Positions 29,544 to 38,994 of a DNA stretch of 48,544 nucleotides are shown piece by piece. Each line of letters begins with the position of its first letter. The first letter of the stretch is position 1. The translations under genes were made by a program, and so were the position numbers. The DNA lies in IMG/VR virus record IMGVR_UViG_3300023214_000077, positions 1 through 48,544 of that record. One strand, given 5' to 3'. The notes beneath the pieces are model-generated. The model saw only the letters and a program-made list of their open reading frames with translations. It did no database searches and was not told where the DNA came from. This DNA is from a virus. Taxonomy: Duplodnaviria > Caudoviricetes.

Positions 29544-29727
29544 GAATGCAACTGATCACAATGAAAGCCACATCAAAGAAGTGACCTTCAAAGGACAACT
29601 TTTCGGGCAGAATGCCCAAGAAGTTAATTCAAAGGATAGACTGGCTGACCGACCTTGTCAACTGAAAAGACGCCCGCAACAATGAACCGTTCGCTAAAAC
29701 CAGTACCACCGAAGAAGGCGTCTTTCC

Positions 29728-30270
29728 ATGCAGTATGATAATCACGGCGACGAAGTCCGTCCAGTTGAAACAGGATACTTTGTCAGCACATCCGGTCGTG
29801 TGTACACGACGAAGGAAAAGGTTCGTGTCAAAACCGGTCGCGGCTTTCGATACTTCACCCGCGACTTCGACAGGTATCATAAGGAACTGTCGCCGGGAAC
29901 TGATCGTGACGGATACAGCTTCGTGAATATAAACGGGAAGCTTCGCAAGGTTCATCGCCTAGTCTTACGTTACTTTGTCGGACCGCCGCCGACTAGCATG
30001 CACCACGCCGGACACCGCAACGACGACGTGAAGAACAATCGCCTTGACAATCTTGTATGGCAGTCGCCCGCTGAAAACAATAAGCAGTCACGTGACCGGA
30101 TGCGTCATGTGCACGGCGAAGCCACACACACGGCAAAGATCACAGAAGATATCGTTCGTGCGATTAGACAGGACGACAGAACGCTTCAGGCGATCGCCAG
30201 CGAATACGACATCAGCTTCGGGCAGGTCTGGAAGATCAAGAACCGCAAGTCATGGCGACACGTCAGTTGA
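29728..30270 (+). mobile_element. NUMOD4-HNH homing endonuclease with C-terminal HTH
   Basis: HGDEVRPV, VHRLVLRYF, AGHRNDDVKNNRLDNL. Confidence 0.9.
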
Positions 30271-31347
30271 CGCCCGGCTTGTCTGTCGTGCTGTCCAGCC
30301 GTCATCTGTGTCGACCTTGTCGTACCAGCACACAAAATCCCACGGTTCTTGCGGGCAACTTCCGATCGCGTCCTTGATCGCATAGTCGAACGGCACGTGC
30401 GGAAAGACATCAAGACGGCTTTCAGGATTGCAGTTGTAAACTTCGAACCCTGCCGCGTCGAAGTACGGCTTCAGCATCCGACACCATGACGTCGCGATGC
30501 GATATGAATTCTTGTTCGTGACGTGACGTCCTTCGTTCCCGCTGATCGGTGCGAACGCGTATTCGCTGCCGCGTGACATGTTGAAGTCGACGCCCAACAA
30601 GTACAGCCGCCTGATTCCCAAATAGTGACAGACGCGAAGACCTAGAAAGAAAGTGTTCAGCATCTTTTCGTGCTTGTTGCCCCGCTTCGTCAACGCCTTC
30701 TTGTCGACGCCCCAACATGCCGAATCTTCTGTCAGAAACGTTTCCGGATTGAAGTTCTGATTCCGCTTGAAGCCGAACGTGTTCGGACAGTCCCGCACCC
30801 TGAACGGCACACGATGCCATTTGTTCTGATGCTTCACGCGAAAGTGATCCTTCAGTCGCGGTTCAGGAACGAACTTGCATACCTTGTGATCAAGCATGAT
30901 GCCGTGATGAAATTTTTCAGCCGGATCGCTGAAGACCGCGAAGTCGCAGTTCAGATCGCGTGCCGTGTTGTTCACGCCGACCGTCCCGACGCCGGGAAGG
31001 TTCAGCATCGCCGTGTTCATCTTCCGATACGACGGACCGCCACAGCACAAGAAGCCCGCACGCACCTTGTCGAAGACTGGACGGAAGAAGTCGTGCAAGA
31101 CAGGCGTCGGCTGTTTGTTGCTGTCGTACACGATCAGTGAATCGCTGTTGACGTATTCCGGACCGATCGCCGCCCGCTGCCCTTCGTTGATCGCTGCGAT
31201 CTTCGCCTTGCGTGCAAGCCGTGCCTTGCGTTGTTCGCGACGCTGCTGACGCTTCTGTCGCGGCGTCAGTTCCGGACCTGTCATCGCGTCGTTCAATTCT
31301 TTGTCAGTCAAGAATTCGGCGGCAGGATTTTCAGGATGCTTCTTCAT
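30250..31347 (-). CDS. Maf/DUF115-like (sialyltransferase-like fold) protein glycosyltransferase candidate
   Basis: CCGGPSY, VGVNN, HYLGIRRLYLLGVDF, VYNCNPESRL pattern. Confidence 0.65.
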   Translation of the reverse strand: MKKHPENPAAEFLTDKELNDAMTGPELTPRQKRQQRREQRKARLARKAKIAAINEGQRAAIGPEYVNSDSLIVYDSNKQPTPVLHDFFRPVFDKVRAGFLCCGGPSYRKMNTAMLNLPGVGTVGVNNTARDLNCDFAVFSDPAEKFHHGIMLDHKVCKFVPEPRLKDHFRVKHQNKWHRVPFRVRDCPNTFGFKRNQNFNPETFLTEDSACWGVDKKALTKRGNKHEKMLNTFFLGLRVCHYLGIRRLYLLGVDFNMSRGSEYAFAPISGNEGRHVTNKNSYRIATSWCRMLKPYFDAAGFEVYNCNPESRLDVFPHVPFDYAIKDAIGSCPQEPWDFVCWYDKVDTDDGWTARQTSRASTDVSP

Positions 31348-31350
31348 TGT

Positions 31351-33300
31351 TTACCGCGCAGCTGTCTGACATGGGAATTCGTTGCCGAAGCCGTCCGTGC
31401 AACTGAAGCCGCCTGATTGTGATGACGTTGACATCATGCCCGTCGAAAAGCCTTCTGACGTTGTTTCGCCCATCGTCGAAGATGACAGTGATGATACAGA
31501 AGACGCAGACTGACTTGAAGACGTCGTCTGTCCGCCTGTCGTGCCGGACGTTGTGCCCTGTCCTTCGCACGGCGTGCATTCTTCCGGAAAGATTTTGCAT
31601 CCGTCGTCGACAACGACTTGACCGTCGCCGTCTGTTCCGCTGCCCGGCTTGACCGTCGCGACGTATCGCGGCCAGCAGATACGCGTCTTGCAGACTTCCG
31701 CGATCGTGCCGTCATCGTTGCACCTGATGTCCGTGACAACCGTGATACAACACCATGATTCCGTTGACGATGATCCAGTGCCCGACGTGCTGAAGCGTTG
31801 CGTCGAAGACGTTGTCATCGCTGCCGTCGAACTTGTTGTCATCATCGCTGTCGAAGATGTCGTCTGAAGCTGTGACGATGACTGTGCCTGCGTGCTTGAC
31901 GTCGTCATCGCTTGTGTCGATGACGTTGTCAACGCCTGCGTCGAAGACGTTGTCAACGCTGCCGTCGAACTTGTTGTCATCATCGCTGTCGAAGACGTGT
32001 ACCCGTCCGACGTGAACGACAAGCTGCCCGAATACGATGACGACTGTTCCTTCGTCGAACTGGATGAAAAGCCCTGCGACGATGCCGACCGCGATGAAAT
32101 TGAAGACTGTGCCGACGACGTGCTGTGTGACTGACTGCTTGCCGTGTCCGACGATGTGACTGTCAACTGAAAAGTGACTTCGCATGTCCAGTTCCATCGA
32201 ATCCGACGCGGCTTGTCGATGCTGAACGTCATGTTGCTGCCGACGTTCTTGATTCCCGGCGTGTCGCGATACCGTGCCTTTGTGTTCGCGATGCCTTTCT
32301 GACCGCCTAGCTGTGTCCACGTGCCCGCCGATTCAGTTCTGTTTTCGTCCGCTTCGTAGCTGATCAGATAATCGTACAGCACGTTCGGATTCTGAAACGG
32401 AAACAGCGTCGGATTCGTTCGCCAGTGCCGCCCAAGTGCCTTGACGTTGCATCCCCAAAATGCGACTTCGTATTCTTTTTCGTCCTGTTCAGTCGACTGT
32501 GCGACCATGATCCGAAATTGAACATCGTCCTTCATCAAGATCGACATCTTCGACGTCAGCGTGAATGACGACGGACGATCGCCGAATGCGTTCTTCGGCA
32601 TGTGAATGATTCGATCGCGATAGAAGTACCACTTCTTCGCGTCTGGATCGTACCATTCAAGACGGGCAGCGATTTCACCCAAGCCTTCTAGGTCTTGATG
32701 CTTGTATATCGTTTGCCCTAGATACTTCGAACCTGTTCCGAAATCATAGTACGTGACTTCTTCCGGCGGACCGACAAGCGGAACAAGTGAAGATTGTTGC
32801 GGATAGTAGATGCAAGGAATCTTGTCGCCCGGTGCGAACAACGGCAACATGCCTTCGTTCCGTCTGCCCTGTCCGTATTCGCCTTCGTTGACACCGGATG
32901 CCGACCGATCGCTGAACGCGTACAGTGAACTGTTCAGTGACATGTAGAAGTTCGCGACTTTCGGCGTGTCGTTTTCCATGTAAACGAAACGCACGTACCA
33001 CTTGTTGCGAAATTCCCAATCGGACAACGGCTGATCGCGTGCATCGCGACCCGTCAGAAGATCACCGTTCGAATTTCGAATGTTATCGCGATCGTTGGTG
33101 ATCAGTTCAACGATGCCGATCTGACCTGTCGACGTGATCGGATTGTCGGAAGGCACCGCCTGTGAACCGAAGCTTTTCGATCCATGCGATGCACTGTCAA
33201 TCAGTCCCGGTCGATTCGCGTTGCGTGCATGACGGTTCAGCAAGTCGCCCGTGACGACGTATTCTGCCGATGCCTGATAATTGTCTTGGAAGTCTGCCAC
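31351..33300 (-). CDS. tail-tip/fibre-region protein with Ser/Thr-rich repeats and Cys-rich C-terminus
   Basis: Second gene after the tape measure; S/T block, then WCCITVVTDIRC. Confidence 0.7.
   Translation of the reverse strand: MADFQDNYQASAEYVVTGDLLNRHARNANRPGLIDSASHGSKSFGSQAVPSDNPITSTGQIGIVELITNDRDNIRNSNGDLLTGRDARDQPLSDWEFRNKWYVRFVYMENDTPKVANFYMSLNSSLYAFSDRSASGVNEGEYGQGRRNEGMLPLFAPGDKIPCIYYPQQSSLVPLVGPPEEVTYYDFGTGSKYLGQTIYKHQDLEGLGEIAARLEWYDPDAKKWYFYRDRIIHMPKNAFGDRPSSFTLTSKMSILMKDDVQFRIMVAQSTEQDEKEYEVAFWGCNVKALGRHWRTNPTLFPFQNPNVLYDYLISYEADENRTESAGTWTQLGGQKGIANTKARYRDTPGIKNVGSNMTFSIDKPRRIRWNWTCEVTFQLTVTSSDTASSQSHSTSSAQSSISSRSASSQGFSSSSTKEQSSSYSGSLSFTSDGYTSSTAMMTTSSTAALTTSSTQALTTSSTQAMTTSSTQAQSSSQLQTTSSTAMMTTSSTAAMTTSSTQRFSTSGTGSSSTESWCCITVVTDIRCNDDGTIAEVCKTRICWPRYVATVKPGSGTDGDGQVVVDDGCKIFPEECTPCEGQGTTSGTTGGQTTSSSQSASSVSSLSSSTMGETTSEGFSTGMMSTSSQSGGFSCTDGFGNEFPCQTAAR
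31802..31996 (-). repeat. degenerate 24-bp tandem repeat (xAxTTSST octapeptide)
   Basis: AMMTTSST/AALTTSST/QALTTSST/QAMTTSST... units. Confidence 0.8.
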
Positions 33301-33303
33301 GGT

Positions 33304-34248
33304 TTACGGTCCTAATCCACCACTTCGAAACATCTGTTCCCAAGTCGACGTTGTGTCGTACAAGAATGAACCGTTAGCCCGCACGATGCGTTCCCATTTT
33401 CCAGTTGACGGACGATACACATGATTCCAGCCTGCGACCGCTGCGTCGACCACGTTGTCAGCTTCGACGTGCTTGCCGACGAACTTGAAATTCAAGTCCC
33501 ACGGCGTGACCGTTGTCGATCCGTCGTCCTGCCACAAGAACGAACGCTTGCCGCTGAAGCCCGCAAACAAAATTGTTTCTTTCGGTGCGTCGAAGAACAA
33601 AGGGTCTTTCAGTTTGTTCAAGCGACCGATCAGTGATCTGAACAGCTTGAAGTTCGGATTCAGTGCAAGCTTCCAGTTCAGCGTGTACGTCGTCGTCGGA
33701 ATGACGATCGTCGCCGGAATGTCGTTGTCGACATTGATGTCTTCCGCGTTCGTTTCTTGACCCGCGACCGTTTCTTCTTCGCCGAAGTGTGTCCGCATCA
33801 CCGGCACCTTCAGAAGTTCCGCCGTCGTGTCGAAGCCGACTTCAAGGAACGTGATAGGGTCTTGCGTGTCATCTTCTTCTTCGTTGATCGCATTCGTTTC
33901 ATACGAAATGTCGACGACCATGTAGTCGTTGTCGTATCCGTATTCGCCGAACAGATTGAAAGGGTCTTGCGGCAGGTCTTGCTTCAACGGACTGAAGTCA
34001 AGCGACTTCGTGACAAGTGCCAGTGTTCCCGGCAACGGTCTTCGCGGCGGCACGATCACGTTGTCACCGAAGACGATCGGCGGCGGCATACTGATCAAGT
34101 GGAATGCCGACATGTTGAACTTGTGAATGATGTATTGTTCTTTCGCCGTGTTCGATTCATCGCTGAAGCTGAACGTCGGATACCCTTCACGCAACGTGTA
34201 CGGGATGCCGGACGCTGACCGATCGAAAGAAACCGAATCGCTTGCCAT
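33304..34248 (-). CDS. putative distal tail/hub protein
   Basis: First gene after the tape measure; beta-rich, GWNH motif; call based on position. Confidence 0.6.
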   Translation of the reverse strand: MASDSVSFDRSASGIPYTLREGYPTFSFSDESNTAKEQYIIHKFNMSAFHLISMPPPIVFGDNVIVPPRRPLPGTLALVTKSLDFSPLKQDLPQDPFNLFGEYGYDNDYMVVDISYETNAINEEEDDTQDPITFLEVGFDTTAELLKVPVMRTHFGEEETVAGQETNAEDINVDNDIPATIVIPTTTYTLNWKLALNPNFKLFRSLIGRLNKLKDPLFFDAPKETILFAGFSGKRSFLWQDDGSTTVTPWDLNFKFVGKHVEADNVVDAAVAGWNHVYRPSTGKWERIVRANGSFLYDTTSTWEQMFRSGGLGP

Positions 34249-34250
34249 GA

Positions 34251-36182
34251 TTATTGTCCTGCAACCTTGATGACCGCCGCACCTTTTAGTTCGTCGCGGA
34301 TTTCCTTGTTCACGCCTAGTGCTTCATCCTGAATGTCGACTTGTGCCTGATTCAGATCAACGATCTTCGCTTGCTTGTCGTCGGCTTCATTCTTCAAGAA
34401 CATGTCTTGCACTTCGCCCGTGAAATCCTGAAGCCCTGTCCTGCCGAACTTGATTTCGATTTCTTTCTTGACCTTCTTTTCTTCGTCGTCGACTTCGTCA
34501 GGCGGCGGCGGCGTTTCCGCGTCTTCGATGACTTCTTCTGCCTTTTCTCGTTCGGCTTCAAGCTTCTTCTTTTCGTTCCGCATCTTCGCCAGCGTGCCCG
34601 ACATCTGCAACGCAAGGCGTCGTGTTTCTGCAGACGGTTCAAGCAGACGGCTGAACGCCTTCGCTGATGATGCTGCCATCTTCGCCGATGCGTCCGCGAA
34701 CAGTTCGTCGATCGCACCTGCCAGTCCGCCGCCCGTGAAGATTTCCTTGATCGCTGCCGGTATTGACTTGAACACTTCGACGATCGACATCGCGAAGCCC
34801 TTGATCAGTTCCCACGCTGCCGGAATGAAGTTCCGAATGATGTCGCCCAATGCCGACCACATGAACGACCACGCGTCCGACATCAGTTGCATCGTCAAGT
34901 CCCAATTGTGAACGATGACGTGAAACCATTCCGCGACGTTCAGAACGAATTCCGCGATCAGGGCGATGCCGAATTCGACGAAGCCGATGAAGCCTTCTTT
35001 GATGTCGTTGATGTTGACACCGATCGCTTCGAATAACGAACCGAACAGCTTCTTGACTGTGTCGACGACAGTTCGCACGATCGTGTTGATCGCTTCCCAT
35101 GCGACTTCCCATGCCCGCTTCAGTTTCTTGATCGGTTCTTGAAGCTTTTCAAGGATCGGCTTCACGTTGAATTCGACCGTGTCGCCTAGCTGAAGGAACT
35201 TCGAAATCACGAAGCCTATCAACGGCAGAATGATTCCGATGCCCGTCGCTGCCAGTGCTGCACGGATTCCGACCGCCGCACCGATGCCCGCAAGCTTCAT
35301 CAGCTTGAACGCTGTGACGACACCCATGATCGCCGGTGCCAACGTCACCATAATTCCGACGATCTTTTTCATTTGCGGTGACAGTGCACTGAACGCGTCA
35401 AGCAAGTTGATCGCGACGTCGATCAGTCCCTTCAGCACTGGCATCAAGACTTCTGTCAAGTCTGCCGCGAAGCCTTTGAACTTGTCGCCCAACGTCGACA
35501 GCTTGCCCGCGACCGATTCAGACAGCTTCAGCATTCCGCCTTCGAACATGCCGCCTGCCCCGTTCATTTCCCTGAACGCGGCTTCGACTTCGACTGCTGT
35601 GATTGTGCCCGCCGCACGCATCTTCAGGATTTCATCGGCGGTCTTGCCTAGTTGCTTCTGAAGCACTGGCATCAAGTTGATGTTCTGATTCGTCAACTGT
35701 TCGAAGGTTTCACCTGTCAGCTTTCCTTGATTCCTAATCTTCGTGAAGATGCGTGTCAGTTCGACGACGTTGCCATCGACTGCCGCTGCTGCGTCGCCCA
35801 AGAACTGCAGCTTGCTTGTCAGTTGATCCGCTGCGACACCTGATGCAAGAAGTGCCTTGCCTGCGACGGACACTTGATCAAAACTGAAAGGCGTCGTTTC
35901 GCTGAACGTCCGCAACGCTTCGAATGACTTGTTGCCTTGTTCGACTGAACCTGTCAGAACTTCGAAGCCGATCTTTGCCTTTTCGAACTGCTTGTTCGCT
36001 TCGATGCCAAAGTTCAGGAATCGACCCAAGCCGAACGCCGCGAATCCGGAAGCTGCCGCTTGTGCCAGATCGCCGAAGCCTTTGTTGACTTGCTTCTTCG
36101 TCTTCTGCATGTCCTGATCCAGACGTCGATCGTCGACGCCCAATTCAAGGAACGCGGTAGCAATTTTTTGACCCCGTGCCAT
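34251..36182 (-). CDS. tape measure protein
   Basis: FEVLTGS..FSETTPFS..LGDAAA..GKLTGE tape-measure N-domain; hydrophobic helical repeats. Confidence 0.92.
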   Translation of the reverse strand: MARGQKIATAFLELGVDDRRLDQDMQKTKKQVNKGFGDLAQAAASGFAAFGLGRFLNFGIEANKQFEKAKIGFEVLTGSVEQGNKSFEALRTFSETTPFSFDQVSVAGKALLASGVAADQLTSKLQFLGDAAAAVDGNVVELTRIFTKIRNQGKLTGETFEQLTNQNINLMPVLQKQLGKTADEILKMRAAGTITAVEVEAAFREMNGAGGMFEGGMLKLSESVAGKLSTLGDKFKGFAADLTEVLMPVLKGLIDVAINLLDAFSALSPQMKKIVGIMVTLAPAIMGVVTAFKLMKLAGIGAAVGIRAALAATGIGIILPLIGFVISKFLQLGDTVEFNVKPILEKLQEPIKKLKRAWEVAWEAINTIVRTVVDTVKKLFGSLFEAIGVNINDIKEGFIGFVEFGIALIAEFVLNVAEWFHVIVHNWDLTMQLMSDAWSFMWSALGDIIRNFIPAAWELIKGFAMSIVEVFKSIPAAIKEIFTGGGLAGAIDELFADASAKMAASSAKAFSRLLEPSAETRRLALQMSGTLAKMRNEKKKLEAEREKAEEVIEDAETPPPPDEVDDEEKKVKKEIEIKFGRTGLQDFTGEVQDMFLKNEADDKQAKIVDLNQAQVDIQDEALGVNKEIRDELKGAAVIKVAGQ

Positions 36183-36210
36183 GATTCACCATCCTTGAAA
36201 AAAACTGTTC

Positions 36211-36417
36211 CTATACAGCGACGAGGTTTTCTGACTTGCGTCCCTTCGTCAGTTCAGACACGTACGGTGCACGGATTCCGAACAGCTTGGCAATGTCTGT
36301 GCATCGCTGCCCGCTTGATCGCATTTCACGAATGTGATCGACATCATCCTGCGACAGCTTCAACGCTGGATTCGTGTCACGACCGTGACGCTTCCGATCG
36401 CCGTGTGAATCTTTCAT
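36211..36417 (-). CDS. HTH protein (C-terminal remnant of an HNH endonuclease)
   Basis: RHGRDTNPALKLSQDDVDHIR...IAKLFGI resembles the C-termini of the HNH paralogs in this window. Confidence 0.6.
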   Translation of the reverse strand: MKDSHGDRKRHGRDTNPALKLSQDDVDHIREMRSSGQRCTDIAKLFGIRAPYVSELTKGRKSENLVAV

Positions 36418-36418
36418 T

Positions 36419-36622
36419 TTAATTCCCGCATTGTTGACAGTTGAATTTTGTCGGCTTGAACGCGACGTATAAGCACCACGGCAAGAACAGGATCAAACCG
36501 AAGCCTGCCGTGACGATGCAGAACAGGACACCCAAGACCAACGGACCGCACCCGATCGGATCATTCGCGATCGCTTCGACGCGTCGCCTGCATGTTTTGC
36601 AGAACTTGACTTTCCGCTGCAT
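36419..36622 (-). CDS. small Zn-ribbon membrane protein (LITAF-like CxxC-TM-CxxC)
   Basis: CKTC...hydrophobic hairpin...CQQCG. Confidence 0.65.
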   Translation of the reverse strand: MQRKVKFCKTCRRRVEAIANDPIGCGPLVLGVLFCIVTAGFGLILFLPWCLYVAFKPTKFNCQQCGN

Positions 36623-36662
36623 GTCATCACCTTGCTTGCTTGTTTAATCTTTCACGTCCTTG

Positions 36663-37082
36663 CTAATTGTCCGTTTCCGTAGTTGCTGCAGCTTCGGTAT
36701 TGTTGCTTCTTTTCGCCTGTTCCTGCAACTGCAATTCACGTCGCTTCTGTCTTCGCTGCTTCGGCGACGTCTTTTTTCTTTCCTTTTCTTGTGCGTTCAG
36801 CATTTCTGCCAGCGACCGGAAGCCGCCTAGAAGTTTGCGATCGTCTGGAATGATCTGCTTCGCGATCGCTGAATTCACTGACATCGTCTGCCGTCGTTCA
36901 AGACGCTTCAGAACTTCTTCCGGAAGCATCATGATGTACAGTTGATCGCGTGTCAGTTGTTCATAATCTTTCGGCGTCGTGCCGGGATAGGCAAGACACA
37001 GCTTGCGAATGATGTAAGGCCAATTCGGAAGACGACCAGTCGACGACGATTGACCTACCGTCGACGTCGACGCGATTTTTTT
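36663..37082 (-). CDS. tail assembly chaperone frameshift extension (GT-like)
   Basis: The -1 frame from the A7 run is open (IASTSTVGQ...WPYIIRKLCLAYPG...LYIMMLPEE) through to the stop at 36663. Confidence 0.8.
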   Translation of the reverse strand, partial: KKIASTSTVGQSSSTGRLPNWPYIIRKLCLAYPGTTPKDYEQLTRDQLYIMMLPEEVLKRLERRQTMSVNSAIAKQIIPDDRKLLGGFRSLAEMLNAQEKERKKTSPKQRRQKRRELQLQEQAKRSNNTEAAATTETDN

Positions 37083-37693
37083 GCGATTAGACTGTTCGTG
37101 ATGTCCTGAATGACGTCCGCTGCTTCGATGAAAAAGTCAGGGTCTTTCGACATGACAGCTTCAAGCTTCCGACGTGTGATGTCCGGATGATGTGTGCGAA
37201 GCGAAACGTGCACCGCTGTGATCTGTCCGTCAGTCGTCGTCGCCATGAACCAGCGTTCGTATTCGACGCGTTCCTTCTTCTGCTGTCCGCCGCGTTCGTA
37301 TTCGACAAGCATCTTCGGCATGTCGTCGAAGCTGTACACCCGAACTTCGTCGCGTGCGTCCTGAAGTTCCTTGTCGAACTGTTCCTTCGTGATCAGTTCT
37401 GAATCCTGCAAGACGTTCAGTTCGTCGATCTTCGCCTTCAGTTGATCCTTCCGGAAGTACCGCAAGGCTTCGCCTTTGATTTCGCCCTGTTCCGCGATCG
37501 ACAGTGCAGTGAACTTCAGTTCGCCGCCTAGTTCGTCACAGTGCATCGTTCCCTTGCGTGTGACCGTTGCTTGCTGAAGATCGTCCTGCGAATCTTCTGC
37601 CGCGTCACGTTGCTGCTGCAATTCAGCTTCGCGTTCCTTGTCACGCTTCGCTTGAATTTCCCGTTTTCTTTTGATCCTTGCATTCCGCGACAT
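37055..37693 (-). CDS. tail assembly chaperone (G-like)
   Basis: Between tail tube and tape measure; ends at slippery GCA AAA AAA; start MSRNA at 37693. Confidence 0.8.
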   Translation of the reverse strand: MSRNARIKRKREIQAKRDKEREAELQQQRDAAEDSQDDLQQATVTRKGTMHCDELGGELKFTALSIAEQGEIKGEALRYFRKDQLKAKIDELNVLQDSELITKEQFDKELQDARDEVRVYSFDDMPKMLVEYERGGQQKKERVEYERWFMATTTDGQITAVHVSLRTHHPDITRRKLEAVMSKDPDFFIEAADVIQDITNSLIAKKSRRRRR

Positions 37694-37709
37694 CGCCTGT
37701 CCTTCCAAC

Positions 37710-37743
37710 AAAAAAAAGCCCGCACATGTAGTTGCACGGGCTT
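37710..37743 (-). terminator. terminator/attenuator after the tail tube gene
   Basis: AAGCCCG...CGGGCTT stem plus T8. Confidence 0.7.
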
Positions 37744-37772
37744 CAGTATATCGTTGATCTCCGACTTGTCGA

Positions 37773-38210
37773 CTAACTAGGCAACGTTTCTGACGGTGCA
37801 CCACTTTCGCCGGGATAGTAATAGATGCCATCTGTGCCCGCCGTCGCCGACCATGTGATGACTTCTTTCGTGTCCGGATTGACGTCGATCGAAAACGACT
37901 GAATCAGGACGCAAGGAAAGACCCAATAGTCAGAATCAGTCGATGATTCCCACAGCACAAGCTTGACGTTGTCGCCGACCCGCATCAAGTTGTACACCTT
38001 GCTGTCAGTGTCGAACTTGCCTTCGAACGACATTGTCGCATCGCGACGTCCTGCCTTCCGATTCGTGAAGCCGCCTGAATCGCTGTCGCCCCATGCCGTT
38101 TCACCGACTGATTCGCTGATGTTGAATGCCGTGATCCGTGCAATAAGTTGACCGGCGACGACGACTTTTCCTTCAGCACCCGATCGTGCTGATGTTGAAT
38201 TCGTTGTCAT
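37773..38210 (-). CDS. major tail tube protein
   Basis: 145 aa; GRRDATMSFEG...ITWSATAGTDG tube pattern; position upstream of the chaperone. Confidence 0.8.
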   Translation of the reverse strand: MTTNSTSARSGAEGKVVVAGQLIARITAFNISESVGETAWGDSDSGGFTNRKAGRRDATMSFEGKFDTDSKVYNLMRVGDNVKLVLWESSTDSDYWVFPCVLIQSFSIDVNPDTKEVITWSATAGTDGIYYYPGESGAPSETLPS

Positions 38211-38274
38211 TGTGAATCCTTTCGTGTGTGTTGCGTGTTTCTAATCGTACCGCGTCGCCGCGTTCCGGTGAAGG

Positions 38275-38967
38275 TTAAGATGATGATGAACTGGACAAGC
38301 TGCTGCTGATCGAACTACTGACCGACGAACTGCTGACCGAAGAAGAACTTGAAGATAAAGATGATGCTGACGACGTTGAAGAACTGTCGTCATCGTCGTT
38401 TCGTCCAAAGATCAGAACTGTCGCTTCGACGTCGCCGCCGTTCGCCGTCAGCTTGATTGATTCGCTTGTTCCCGGTTGAATGTCGAAGCCGCCTTCGCCG
38501 GGACTGTACTTCAGCATCACGCCACCGGGACCGATCGCACCGCCGTTCGCGACCGTGTGTGTTCCGATAGGCGTCCAGCCTGAAGCCGCTGAAGGTTCGA
38601 TTTCCAGAAACGGACCGCCGCCGCCGCCGCCTAGTGCGACCGAATCGTTCCGGATCGCGATCATCACAATTTCCTGCAAATCCATCGCGATACCGACTGC
38701 GTCATCGCCTAGTCCGGTGCCGATGTCTTCCGCTGTGAAATCGTTCAGATTGATTTCCTTGTTTCCGCCTGAACTGATTTCGATGTCGGTCGATTCCCAA
38801 GCCCGATTCATTTCACCGGACTGTACGCCCGACGTCGCGAATGTGTCTGCGATGAACTGCGTGTTCCCGACTTGTGAAGTCGTGACCTTGCCCGTGTTGT
38901 CAAGATTGTTTGTCAGATCAGCTTGAAGCTGAAGCTGCACTTTTCCGGTGACTGTCCGTGATGCCAT
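38275..38967 (-). CDS. virion-module protein with poly-Ser C-terminal tail
   Basis: Beta-rich body plus ~36-residue Ser tail; between tail terminator and tail tube. Confidence 0.7.
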   Translation of the reverse strand: MASRTVTGKVQLQLQADLTNNLDNTGKVTTSQVGNTQFIADTFATSGVQSGEMNRAWESTDIEISSGGNKEINLNDFTAEDIGTGLGDDAVGIAMDLQEIVMIAIRNDSVALGGGGGGPFLEIEPSAASGWTPIGTHTVANGGAIGPGGVMLKYSPGEGGFDIQPGTSESIKLTANGGDVEATVLIFGRNDDDDSSSTSSASSLSSSSSSVSSSSVSSSISSSLSSSSSS

Positions 38968-38994
38968 TATGTGAATCCTTCCGTACGTTGCGTT

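Noticed and set aside
29514-29654. CsrB-like sRNA (two TTCAAAGGA motifs)
   Set aside because: Only two GGA motifs and no clear hairpin series; more likely a decayed gene leader.
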